A DNA stretch of 64,000 bases from Azolla caroliniana (GCA_043228905.1 JBHGNT010000021.1:12524001-12588000), one strand, 5' to 3'. Positions 40,041 to 53,015 are shown, counted from the stretch's first letter. Translations and numbers: made by a program. The notes: generated by a model not told the origin, from the sequence alone.

Positions 40041-42489
40041 TACATACATATATACATACATACATAAACACACACACACATAACATATACAATCATACAC
40101 ACAGGCCATACAATACATTACAATACAATATGTACATACATACACACATACCTATATGCACATATATACACTTACACACATACACATTTACACATACATA
40201 CATACACACACACGCACATAACATACCTATATGCACATATATACACTTACACACATACACATTTACACATACATACATACACACACACGCACATAACATA
40301 TACACTCATACACACATGCCATACATACAATATATACAATAAACGAAATTAATACATTACAATACAATATGTACATACATACACTTACATACATGTACAC
40401 ATTTACACATATAACACAATATGTACACACATACATACATGCATACACATGGAATACAATACAATACATACACACACACACATGTGTAGAATATACATAT
40501 ACATATGGACACATATATATGTAGTATGGAACATACATACACACACACAAACATAACACACAACATATATGCTACACATACAATAAATGCAATTAAATAA
40601 AATACAATACAATATGTACATAATACACACATACCTATATACACATGCAATGCAATCCATACAATACCTATATACACATATAATGCATACATACATACAC
40701 ATATACACACATAACACGATATGTACATACACATACACACACACAAAATGCAATAAAATAAAATAAAATACAATATGTACATACATACACACATACCTAT
40801 ATACACATGCAATACAATCCATAAAATACCTATATACACTTATAACACATACATACATACACATATACACACATAACACAATATGTGCACACACAAACAT
40901 AACACACATGCATACATACACACGCACAAACATAACACACAACACACAACACACATGCATACCACATACAAACATATATGATGTATGGAACATACATACA
41001 CATGCACAAACATAACACGCAACACACATCCATACCACATACAAACATATATGATGTATGGAACATACATACACACACAAACATAACACACAACACACAT
41101 GCATACCACATACAAACAATACAATCCATACAATACCTATATACACATATAACACATACATACATACACATATACACACATAACACAATATGTACACACA
41201 CAAACATAACACACATACACACATGCATACATACACACGCACAAACATAACACACAACACACAACACACATGCATACCACATACAAACATACCACGTAAC
41301 TTAATATTTATGCCTTTTATTTTAACAGGAAAAGGAGAAAAGAGTAGAAACCAAATATAAACCTACGGTATTCCAAATATATTTTCTGATTTCTTTAAGA
41401 TATTATTTACTTCCATGTATATTAAGTTTTCTTGCCTTTGTTGTTACATGTTATAATACAGGTCCAACGTTGAAGATGGAAATGACATGAAATTTATAGC
41501 CTAAAATGAATTTCTTAGGGTTTTCTTTTTATATAGTTGGTCTTTATAAGGGCAACCTTTATTGTAATAAGCTTTTTAAGTAGACATTGCAATAACAAAA
41601 TGATTTATTTTATTTCATTTTGATTTGGGTAAGAATGTGTGAATAGATGATGTCTTACATTTCAAATGGAAATATGAAGTAGGTTGCCATTTGTTTGAGA
41701 AAAAATAATGTTATGGCTTCATATGAGTCTATCCATGAAACAAAAAATAATGTTAATTTGTTAGTAATTTCATTATTGATATGCATTTTAGATTGTTCCA
41801 TGTGTGCTTTTTGAGATATATATATGTCAAGTTTAAGATTGTTTTATTGTAAACCACATTGTTTTTTATCACTCTATATTCTTCATATGTCTCAATAAAC
41901 TAAAAACAAAAACTTATGTGTGGCTTATATATGTTATACCTCTAGTGTTTTTGGGTAATGTTTCCTAATTGGGTGTACATTACTTTGTACTTTACACATT
42001 GTGTTTTCAATCTATGTGGCACTTGATGAAGCATTTCTAGGAATTTGCATATGATGTCTAATGTTGATTCATAATTTTGCGAGTCATCAATCGTAAAGAC
42101 GGTCATTGATCCTTTCTAAGAATAGAAACTATGTCTGCATGTATATTTTATATGTAAGGGTATTTAAAATGGGTGGTTATCAAAAAATATATTCATAATA
42201 AGGGGTATTTTTATTAATTGTTTTTCTACACAAGGGTCACTAAAATAGTAAAAAAACATACGTATAAGGGGTTTATAAATGATGTCATGAACGCATGTGA
42301 TACAACCTTCTTATATATAGTGGAGTCCCCGAGTTAGTTCATAATCCTAGGTAAAGCTGTGCGGAGTACCTAACTGTATAAGATCTCGAGCTGTCAGTCA
42401 TTTATTCAATTAGTCAATCAACCTCTCTCCCACACAATCTCTCTCTCTCTCTCTCTCTCACTCACTCACTCACTCACTCTCTCCTCGTT

Positions 42490-42860
42490 GTTTCCCCACG
42501 TTCTCTGCTTGACTCTGCTCATTGTGACCCCTCTACAACCTCCAAGCGTTCTCTACTTGTCGTGTGCTCTCTGGAACGACCTTCTGCTTGTTGTTTCCCC
42601 ACGTTCGGTGCTCGCTCTCCTCGTTGTGACCCCTTTGCAACCTCCAGGCGTTGTTTGCTCATTGTGTTCTCCCTGCATCGACCATTGTTGGTTGCGTTCC
42701 GTTTGCTCGTTGTGTTCCCTTTGCAACCACCTCTTCTTGTTGTGTTCCCTCTACTAGTTGTGTTCCCTTTGTCAACAACCTATGCTCGTTGTGTTCCCTC
42801 TACTCGGTGTGTTCCCTTGTTTGCGACCTATTCTCGTTGTGTCCCCTTTGCAACGACATC
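42490..42860. repeat. Degenerate short-unit repeat (GTTGTGTTCCCT[T]TGCAAC)
   Basis: Motif recurs about 10 times after a CT/CACT microsatellite at 42438-42485. Confidence 0.7.
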
Positions 42861-43403
42861 TGCAACCGATACGACATCTCCTCCTACTTTAGGCTTTGTT
42901 GCATGTTCTGCATTTTCTTGAATTTTGTACATGTTGACATATGGAAAGATGCTGCTGTGATGATATGATTCTTTGTTCTTGTTGATGAAGTTAAATATTC
43001 TTGTTCTTGTTCTTGTCTATCAGTTGTTGTCCTTTTTGTTGTTGTTGTTCGTGTTTTTCTTCTCTGCACATTTGAGAGTCGTGTACATGCATATGCTTGA
43101 ATCTTGTACAGATTCAAATATGGAAACTTGGAGGTCCTATGATGATATGATGCTCTTGTTGTTCTGTTTGAGCATGTTGGTTGTTGTTCTACCTATTCAC
43201 AACATGTTCTTGTTCAATATGTTTATTGTTGTTATGTTTGTTTGTTGTTCTGGTTTTTCTGTAGTGTTCATTTGAGAGTCAACTTCTTACAATTGTTGTT
43301 GTTGTGCTATTGTGTCTGATTTAGTACTATTATGATGACATGTATATGTTGTGTATTGGTAGTTAATATTATATTGTGGTATAATTATTATCTTTTGATA
43401 TTT

Positions 43404-46400
43404 TGTGGAAGTCTTAGCTAAAGAAGAGCTACATGAGAAAAATGGCAAAGAATACACCCACGAAGAAGACATTGGTCAAAGAAAAAGTGACGACACCATG
43501 TAAGGAAAGAAAAAGGACTCCCATCAAAGAAAGCAAGAAGACCCCCACCAGAGAATTCCAGATATTGAACACTACAAGAATATAAGGTATGGAGCATTCA
43601 CATCGGGAGGGCAAGAACATGAACCAAGATATTGAGGATAAGTCATTTACTAAACACAAGAAACATGGAGAAAAGTAAAAGAAGAAAAAGGCGAGCCACC
43701 AAAACACAGTTTGAATTGAACGCTCATAACTCTTTCGTTTGTAATCCAAATATCATCTGTAAATATGGGTTGGAAAGTTCGTGAAGAGAGCTATCATTAG
43801 CTTTTTACATATCTAAATTTGGACTCTGGTGAGGGATATATGACTATTAGAAGGTCGTTGTGTCATAGCTAAAAATAGGAGATAAAAAACTTCTAAAAAA
43901 AATGTGAAAAAGAATAGAAGAAGTGATACCTTTGTAATAAGGGGAGGAGAGTAAGGTTGTGGGGTTTTTTCTTAGTCTGTTTCTTGTGGTGTTTTCTTTC
44001 CTATTCATGTAGTGTGGTTGAGTTGTTGCCAATATATCTTTGTAAATTTGGATTTATGTATCTTCTTTCTCTCTTCCTTCCATCATGATCATTCATTATC
44101 AATAGAACTTTGTAGTTTTAGATTCATATATCTTCTTTCTATCATCACTCTTTCATTTTGGCGCTCTAGGGAGGGTCGATCTTTTCTGCATCTTGGGAAG
44201 ATTGATTGTGTCGTAGTATTACGTGAATATGGCTTTTCAATTTGCCTTTGCAAGTGATGGCGTTCAGGATGCAAGAGCTTTTTTGGCATCCTTCGAGCAT
44301 CACACGGTTTCGATTTGGAAGGTGAATGACATAGAGAAGCTTCCCTTGTTGGTGGAAACTTTCTACTCAAGAACCCTAGAGTGGTATGAGTCACTACCTC
44401 CCAACCAACAAACCAACTACCAATTGCTCGTTCAACAATTTCGAAGCAGGTTCATCCGACGTTGTCGTGAAGATTCGTCACTACGTGCGGATCGTGAGGT
44501 GGAACCACCGGGGTCCTAGACCGGAAGGATTCGAAGTTTGCACTAACTTTAGCGAGAAAGTATTTAAGATAGATTGAGAGAGATTGAAATGACAAAAGAG
44601 AGATATTGAGATAAAGATTGAACTTTTAACTTTTAGATTTAAGAGAGAAGATACATCAACAATGGGATTACAAGTTTCTTATTTTTCCCAAATTTTTCAT
44701 TAGTTTCATTTGCTTGATTCCTCCACTCTTTTATAGATGCCCCCATGCATATGGTGCATGTGAGGGTGCAAGACATGCACATAATGCATGAAATGCATGC
44801 AATGCATGGTTGCCATGTCATCATCTAAGCTCTCATGTATGAGAATTTACATGTAAAACACAAAATACCCCTTTTAAAACACAAAATCCTACCAGGCTTT
44901 TGGTCTTGTATTTACACCGAAAATCTTCAAAACACCATGCACCGCGATCAACCGACCGACCCGTCTGCCCCGACCGGTTCAATCTGATCTTGTCCGTCGC
45001 CATCCAGTCCCGGTCTTGGTCGCCGGTCGCCGCCTCGCCGGCTCCGGTCGGCCAAAACCTTTACAAGTAGTTAGGCCACACCCATTCATCCAATTAGTTT
45101 AGCTCAAGTCACCTTGAACATTCTATGATCCACTCATAGACACAAAGTAATAGATTTTGGCCCTGCTTATATACTTTGGGATCCTTATTTGTCTTGTTTA
45201 TATGGGATATCCCGTAGTTTTGTTTTTTCTTTTCTTCTTTGCAAACTTCATACCCATATAACTTGCCACTTAGTTCTCCGTTTCTTATGTGGTAAAGTGT
45301 ATTCGAAAGCTCTTGAAGACCTCCATCATTTTGTACCAAGATATTAAACTAGTATAAAATAGTATCTTCACTATTATTGTTTTATGTTGTGTGTGAAGAA
45401 CCACACTCGATTTTGTACATTCCATTCAATTTTTCACACCGTTGGCAAAAATCTTTACGACAACGTCATAATGCGATGGATGTGCAAGTGGAACTCTTTG
45501 CGTCGCGTATGTCAACAACGATGGATTATTCTAAGTACAAGAGGGTCTTCAAAGAGCGTTGGTCAACATGGATCTGTCTACGAGGAGGCGTAGAGGATGA
45601 ATGGTTCAAGATGGATCGTGTCAAGGCGGCGTTGAGTCCTTACTTTGCAATGGAGGCGAATTTGAAGGACCCAACCAATTTTCAAACTCTTCTACAAGTG
45701 TGTCAAATTTACGATAGACAACTAAAAGTGATGTGGATGGGAGTCGATATAACAATGGCGATAGCTGGTGTGAATGTGTGCGGACTCTAAACGCTCCATA
45801 TCAATCCTCTATTGTACATGGAGGACAGTTTTTTCCGAACATATTTATTCTACTATAACTAACCAAGCTAGTTTACCAATGATGCAAGATGTAGATCATC
45901 CAAGAATTGATGGAAGTTTCCCCGAGCAACTAAATCGACGCCTTGATGAGTTAACGAATCAGTTCCAACAAATGCAAGCTAGTTTCAATACCAACCAAGT
46001 TCAAGAGATGTCATAAGAAAAACGAGTTCCAATTTGTTATTTTTGTGGTGTTGAAGGTCATATTGCTACACGGTGTCCTTTGAGACGACAAGGAGGTTTA
46101 TGGCAAGGTATCTATCAAGTTCAAGGAGGTTTAAATTCACCCAACAACCATGCAAATAATAACAATCAAGTTTCTAGTGATGGAGGACCGTTGCCAATGG
46201 CTCAAGTACCAACAATACCTCCCAATGTAAATCTTCTTGATTTTATGTATTCAATACTGATGATGATTGTGGTGTTGTTGCAATCAAGAGAACTCAAGCA
46301 ACCCATAAGGTAAAAAAGGTGGAAGGGGAGTCAAGTAACCCTCAAATAAAGAAAAGAGCTAAGGATTCTAAGATGGAGAATCCTTCCAAAATGCGTCGTT

Positions 46401-47924
46401 CAAGGAGAAAAATCCATATGGAGGACATGCCCATGGGAAAAGGAGTGGAGCCTTTCAACCTCAAGCTTAGAGTTGATTACTAATGGACCTCGGATCACTT
46501 GGCCAAAACTTCTTCAACTCTCTTCAAAGATATGGAAGGAATGGGGACGACTAGCGAGCATACATCAAAGTATCAAAACAATGCACTATTCGACCCACTA
46601 TTTCGGTAACCATGAAAGGTCTTTTAATTAAGGATGCCTTAGTAAATAGTGGTATTAGAATTGGTCCTTCATCCAATGTCATAGTGAGTAAGATTGGAAA
46701 TCCTATTTGTCAAAAGTCCTCAAACATGGTTGACAAGGGTTTGGTTACTTGTTTGGGTGCTATAGAGGATAAGGTTATTGATTTTTTTTGGCATATCCTT
46801 TTCCATGGATTTACATGTAATACTCATTAAAGGTCCATCTTATTCCTTAATATTAATAAGACCTTGGATGCAAGAATTAGATGTAATACATGATTGGAGT
46901 ATCATGAACTTATCACCATCAAAGGGGTTTAACATCTTCTACGACTTGTATCTACAACAACTAATCAAATGTATAAAGGAGAAGGAATCATCTATTGACA
47001 ATGTCAAGCAAGAAGAGGAAAGCATAACAAGTGATGGATCTTCGTGGGATAGGGAAAACAAATTGTTCCACGTGTTGTCTAAGGAGGAAGGAGAAGTCAT
47101 TGAAGAAGGGGAAAGGAAGATGATTTCAAATGATATCCAAGGATAAGAGCACCTAAGGTTTATATCCCTTCTTTCTAAGTTTCCAAAGTTACTCATAAAT
47201 GTCTATTCACATATAAAAGAAGAAGATGGCATCAAACACCACATCAAGTTGAAGGAGAGTGTACCAATTCCCCAAATGCTTCAACAATCGGAGATTGTGC
47301 AAAAGGAAGATATTAAACCATTGTTACAAGAGAGTTTCATTTATCATATGGAGGAAGGATTTAAAGTATGTGTCACCTATTGTTGTGGTTCTAAAGGAGA
47401 AAGACATCAATTTCCAACCATTGAATAATTCAAGCAAACAAGATCATTTTTCACTTCCTTTCCGAGATGAGATTGTAGATGAAATAGTCATTTATAAAAA
47501 ACAAGGTAGTGTGGAGAATGTGGTATGCCAAGAAGGAATTCATGTGGAATCAAAGGTTGAAGTAATTCAAAAGGTGAAAACTCCAACAAGTCTCAAAGCT
47601 TTGAAGGTGTTTGTGCAAAAGGTTCGCTTGCTTAAAAGGTTTATTCATATGTTGACATACTTACTTCTCTCAAGAACTATGTATTGCATGACCCTAGTCA
47701 TGTTTGGAGAGTTGACGAAGACATAATAATTGTGGTAACCTCTTTCTGTGTGTTGACAAAGAGAAAGATAGTGATGGCAATTGCCAATGTGTGTGGTGTT
47801 TAGAAGTGTGAGGTTTTTACTCACATAATTTGTTTATTTTTTATTTTTTGTTAATCTATGTTATCGCTAGGGCCGGACAATGGCCTAACATAGGGTGTCC
47901 CTTTGAGACACTTCACCAAAGGGG
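43404..47924 (+). mobile_element. Degenerate, internally deleted non-chromovirus Ty3/gypsy element (Athila/Tat/Selgy-like)
   Basis: LTR ends CA at 44155; PBS TGGCGCTCTAGGGAGGG at 44159 (tRNA-Asn-like, inferred); gag from 44229 (EWYESLP..LVQQFRSRF); CYFCGVEGHIATRC at about 46035; PR remnants; RT remnants YVSPIVVV and DHFSLPF. Left boundary uncertain. Confidence 0.72.
44463..45462 (-). mobile_element. Solo LTR of the Phygy-like family inserted into the gag above
   Basis: TGTCGTGAAG...CTTTACGACA; 4-bp TSD ACGT (44459-44462, 45463-45466). Removal restores FIRR|HNAMDVQ. Homologous to the LTR at 20527. Confidence 0.9.
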
Positions 47925-49343
47925 TGTTGCGGTGAGATAGAGTTAGATCGACGATTAATGGAACCCTAATTGGTTACTAAGTGGTAGGATCATTAGTCAC
48001 AATACATGCGTAGGATAAATTACACTTAGCACAGAATGGTAATTAACAATGATTAAAATACAAAACAACAACACTCTATTAATTATCCGCTCATGATTAC
48101 AATCTAATCGGCCCTTTTTATAGGTCTCCGGTTTTAGGTACAAACGGGTGCCAACCAGCTACGAACCAGTCCGGATCCGGATCGGCATACCGATTCCGTG
48201 TCCATCCGTTCACTTCTCAAATCATAATAATTCTATAAAGATATATAATCAGCTCTCGGTTATTAATTATCCCCTCGTTTCCCATTCTGGACTTCCCTTG
48301 CTGGCCGACTAACACATGGCATGCCCATGGGACAGTACCTTGTACGTCGAATCCCACTATTCGGCCTTCATACATCCTCCAAAATGTCCAGAATACTTTG
48401 ATCTAAGGGTTCCAATGGTTCCTCGGGAAGCAATTCTATCGGCTATTGCTGCTGTTCCCCCTCCTGTTGTTCCTACGACTGTGGCTACTGATGGTTGCCT
48501 TTTGTTGCCTGCGGCTCCGTTGGTCTAACTAGCTCTGTCTCCATTTCCGCCTCAACCGGCCTTGGCGTCTCCTGGTTCTGCTGTCTGGCGTTCCCCGGTT
48601 CCTGCGGATGACCTTCCTCTAGTGGCTCCTCCTGACTACTATCTAGTTGGCTTCCCCTGGTTTTAACCGGCGTTTGCTCTGAAGATGGCTCCTTGTTACT
48701 TATGCTAATCGCCGCAGTTTTCTTGGCCACTTCTTGCCCTCGCCGTTCCCATTCGTACTTCTCGAAACGGAGTTGGTTGTCCAATTGGTCATCATCCAGT
48801 TGTGCCACCAACTGGCGAATCGGCACCCTCTGCTCATTAGCCAAGGATATGAAATCATCCACCAGTTCCTCTTGTATTGCTTCAATGCTATCCAGGATGT
48901 AAACTTTGTCACCCTCTTTCCACCGATTTTCCGCATCTGCTTGCAGCTATTGTAGCTTTGCTGCCTGCTTAGCCCACTTCAACCACCATGCCAATACAAT
49001 GTCCCGGATCCGCCCCAGCCCCATCTTCGACTTGTATTCCGCGGCCTATTTTTCATCCTTCAATTGTTTGATCAGGCTTGCGGTTGCCACTTCTTGGCTT
49101 CTGTAGTGCATGAGTTGGGTTTGATATGTCGTCTGAACTCTGTTCAGAGCCATTGTAGCGCGCTCCGTTTCCGCATGGTGCTATACTTGTAGGTCCAGTC
49201 GCTCTTTCGCAGCTGCTGCTAGTTGTTTCGCTACTTCGGCTCCCTTTGACTGCTCTTCTATCACTGCTGCCGTCAACCGGTTAACTTCCTCCCGGAGTTC
49301 TCTGCACTTTTCCTGCTGCCAGTCACTTTCGGTAGTCAATTTC
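47925..49343 (-). mobile_element. 3' end of an LTR element: LTR (47925-48314) preceded by a decayed coiled-coil ORF
   Basis: TGTT..AACA termini; minus-strand CTATAAAAAGG; adjacent minus-strand heptad-rich frame 48485-49343 with a few stops, cut by the copia D LTR. Confidence 0.6.
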
Positions 49344-51748
49344 TGTAAAAACAAATAGCGTGCGGAAGCAATAGAAAATAGAAAATAGAGAATAGGTTTA
49401 ATGGAGAGCTTAACAGTACGCGGGAGAGACAAAGAGAGAGAACAAGAGGCTCTATTCAAAAATTATATCAACGATCTGTACATCGTATGTGTTCAGCGAA
49501 CACTTTTATACAGGTCCATACGGACTGACAGAAGTACGGTGTACTTCAATACTCACTCGAGCGTCTGACACTAACTACGAGAGTAATAACTCCCTAGTAG
49601 TCTAGCTACTACTAGGCTTCCGGTTACTGATGGATCCGGCTAACCTGCTCCCCAGCTCACCGGCTCTTTAGCTCACCGGGTGGTCACCGGCTCACCGATC
49701 CGTCTCGCTCAACGGCTCAGGCTTATCCAGCCGATCCGGCTCCAATTGAGCTTGCCGCTCAACACTCCCCCTCAAGCTCAACTTGAGGTCCGGTCATAGT
49801 GTCAACGTCTGTGGCAACCGGTCCTTTTGCCCGGCTCCTTCTGGGTCCGGTGATGACCAGATCATCAACGTACAACAAGATGCAAACCGGACCGTCCGGA
49901 CCTTGGCGGATGAACAACGAAGAGTCGGACTTGGAGGCCACAAACCCCATCTTACGCAACTGGTGCGTGATCTTCGCATTCCAAGCTTGGGGGGCTTGCT
50001 TCAGTCCATAAAGTGACTTCTTCAACCGACATACCGCTGACTTGTTCATCTCCATCTGGAAACCGGGGGGTTGTATCATAAAGACCTCTTTTTCAAGATC
50101 TCCTTGAAGAAATGCATTCTTCACATCCATCTGGTGAAGATGCCACCCCCTTGCCGCTGCAACCGCCAGCACCACACGAACCGTCGTCATCTTTGCTACC
50201 GGAGCGAAGGTCTCGTTGTAGTCGATTCCGTGGGTCTTTGTGTATCCCTTTGCCACTAACCGGGCCTTGTACCGGTTAACTGAACCGTCGGCGTTGTACT
50301 TTACCTTGTACACCCACTTGCATCTGATCGGTTTACTATGATGAGGAGGGTCAACCAGGTCCCATGTATCGTTGGCATCAAGTGCCCGCATCTCTTCTTC
50401 CATAGCGGCACGCCAATGTGCGTCCTTTGCCGCTTCTGTGTAGCTCTCCGGCTCACGCACTTCCGCCACCTTGGTCATGTACGCATAATGATGCGCCATG
50501 TACTCATTGTGCTTGTACCGCTTAACAGGTTCCTTCTAGCGGGTTGACCAACGTAACCCACCGTTACCCGGTTTGAGGCCCTTCTTGGCCGGTTCGGTCT
50601 TCGGTGCCAAAGAACCGTCATTTTCCTTTCCGATGTCGGATCCGCTCTGATCCGACTCATCAATACCGGTTCCATAATCCGGCATCGTCTTCTTCCCCTT
50701 CTCTTTGCGCATGAACCGTCTCCTCGGTTCCTTGCGCGGGGAGAGCACGGTAGAGTCTTCACTACTCACCGGTTCTTCTTCTGACTGGTCGGGTTGACCT
50801 AGTCTCTCGTTCGGCCCACTCAACCGAAACGATTCCAGACTCTCTTCTTGAGTCCCGGATTCATCATCTTCTAACTGGACCAGTTCAGGCTCACTAGCCT
50901 CATCCTCCGGTATCGGGTCGGGGTCAGAAGTTGGAGCTGGTAAGGCATACCATGATGCCATCTCATCAAACTCAACATTGCGGCTAACTCGGACTTGCTT
51001 CGTCCGGGGGTTATAACACTTATACCCCTTTTGCTCATGTGAGTAGCCGAAGAGGATGCACTTCTTCGATTTTGCATCCAGCTTCCTCTGCTTCTCATCA
51101 GGCACATGCACATACGCTATGCTATGGTGTCTTAAATTCGGCTTGCGCCCAAAATACAGCTCATGCGTGGACACCTTGTCACCGATCCAATTTTGGATGT
51201 AGACGACCGTCCGGACCGCCTCCGCCCAGTAGAAATAGGGCATGCTATTCTCTTCCAGTATTGCCCTTGTTGCATCGACAAGCGACTAGTTCTTTCTTTC
51301 GGCCACACTGTTTTGCTCCGGTGTGTGTCATGGCAAGACTCGAACCCATGCCTTTATGCTACATGGGTCGAGCTCTTACCATTAGATTAGGAATTGTATT
51401 TTGTAGGATATTATTTTCATTTATACTTTATCATAGAAAATTGATGTATATTCCAGATATCTCTGGAACATTCTAGAAGCTTCAAGATTATTCCTAAAAA
51501 CACTATAAAAGGAGGCACAAGGCATTGTTTTGAACCAAATTGGTTCAACACCAGTCTTAAGCCTCTTAGCCGATTTGTACTTATCTTTCATATAATATAA
51601 GAGCTGCTGTCATCATCCTATTTCTCTCTCTCTCCTCTTCTCACTTCCTCTCTCTCGGGAATCTTACGCAGTCCTGTCTTCTTAGTACTAATAGTACTAC
51701 TCTTCTTAGTACTAATTCCATCTCTGCTTTAGTACTATTCTTGACAGT

Positions 51749-51761
51749 TTGAACCAATTTG
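51749..51761 (+). promoter_or_regulatory. Self-priming PBS (not tRNA-complementary)
   Basis: TTGAACCAATTTG is the exact reverse complement of CAAATTGGTTCAA (51536-51548), which lies about 30 nt after TATAAAA (51504-51510). No TGG-type tRNA PBS is present. Confidence 0.85.
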
Positions 51762-51815
51762 CCCCTCTAGCCTACTTGTCACTCTCCCTCATCCTCCTAC
51801 CCTTTTCCCTATACT

Positions 51816-52973
51816 ATGGCTACTGTTAGCGCCCAAGAATACCAATCCGTTTTCTCCGAGCTACAGTGCCTAAAAGAAAAGTTTGTTGCCCTGGAACAAG
51901 AAAACCAACGGCTGATAGGGGATCTGCAACAAATCGCTCTAGAAAAACAACAAACGCAACAACAACATGGGGAGTTAGCGTTACGGGTACAACAACTCGA
52001 AGCAGCGTTGCAACAACAAGGATCCAGTCCCCAAGGATTTCATAAAGAGCCCAAGATTGGACTTCCTGTGAAATTTGATGGAACGCGTTCGCAATTCCGG
52101 GGATTCCTTAATCAGGTACGCTTAGTCATCCAGATGCATCCTTCCCGATATCCCACTGATGCATCTCGAGTCGGCCTAATAGGCACGCTACTTAGCGGCT
52201 CAGCCTTGGCATGGTTTGCTCCGCTTCTAGAAAAACAATCACCCTTACTTAATAACTTTGAAGATTTTATTGGTGAGTTTAAAGCCTGCTTTGGAGACAC
52301 CGACAGCATCAGGACGGCGATCAACAAGATCCGGCGATTGCGTCAAGGCGATCGTCCAGCCTCTGCCTACGCGGCGGATTTCCGCCTACTTGCTTCAGAT
52401 ATACCCTGGGATGATCAAGCACTAATGGAGCAGTTTCGCTATGGCTTGCGAAACGATGTCAAAGATCTACTTCTAACTTTCCCCGAAGAACCAAAGTCTC
52501 TTACGGAGGCAATCAGTCGAGCAGTTCGATGTGACAACCGCCTTTTTGAATGGCGTTCAGAACGTCAATTACAGATACCACGCTCTAGGCCAGAGCCCAC
52601 TTACGCCGCAGTCGCGGCTAAGCCGTTTGCACGAGACACACCTCAAGCAAATACTTCGACACCGATGGAGATCGATACCATGCGTCGACGCGGCCCGTTA
52701 TCGGAAGAAGAAAAGCAACGACGACGTGCCAATCGATTATGTCTTTATTGCGGTGGACTAGGACATATCGCCATCAATTGTCCCCATAGGCCAAGAAGAC
52801 AGGTAAATCAAATCGTCGCCTGTACTAAACCCGAGTCAATTCTTCCCTTTGGAGTGTCTGATAGTATTAATAGTACTAATAGAGTGTCAGATAGTATTCA
52901 TAGTACTAATAGCCCAAGTATCTCAAATAAATTTGAAATCCTTAGTCAATTAGATGAAGAGTTAAACGATTGA
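51816..52973 (+). CDS. gag: Gag protein (coiled-coil N-terminus, capsid, CCHC zinc knuckle)
   Basis: 385-aa ORF; EPKIGLPVKFDG, LRQG..ASAYAADF, CLYCGGLGHIAINC. Confidence 0.95.
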   Translation: MATVSAQEYQSVFSELQCLKEKFVALEQENQRLIGDLQQIALEKQQTQQQHGELALRVQQLEAALQQQGSSPQGFHKEPKIGLPVKFDGTRSQFRGFLNQVRLVIQMHPSRYPTDASRVGLIGTLLSGSALAWFAPLLEKQSPLLNNFEDFIGEFKACFGDTDSIRTAINKIRRLRQGDRPASAYAADFRLLASDIPWDDQALMEQFRYGLRNDVKDLLLTFPEEPKSLTEAISRAVRCDNRLFEWRSERQLQIPRSRPEPTYAAVAAKPFARDTPQANTSTPMEIDTMRRRGPLSEEEKQRRRANRLCLYCGGLGHIAINCPHRPRRQVNQIVACTKPESILPFGVSDSINSTNRVSDSIHSTNSPSISNKFEILSQLDEELND

Positions 52974-53015
52974 GTCCAGCCAAAATAGGAGCCATTTGGT
53001 TGGACAACAGCCCTA
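52961..53015 (+). promoter_or_regulatory. Putative -1 ribosomal frameshift signal
   Basis: G_TTA_AAC in the gag phase, 6-nt spacer, 11-bp stem 52974-52984/52995-53005. Confidence 0.8.

Larger units (their letters stand above)
35120..41290. repeat. ~6-kb cryptic alternating purine/pyrimidine (ACAT/AC/AT) low-complexity tract with internal duplications
   Basis: Plus strand nearly G-free; local duplications such as 35170-35400 vs 35620-35850 and 35990-36095 vs 37110-37220. Confidence 0.95.

Noticed and set aside
35155-41290. Dozens of His/Thr/Tyr/Ile- or Cys/Val/Met-rich ORFs
   Set aside because: Artefacts of translating the CA/TA tract, which rarely produces stop codons.
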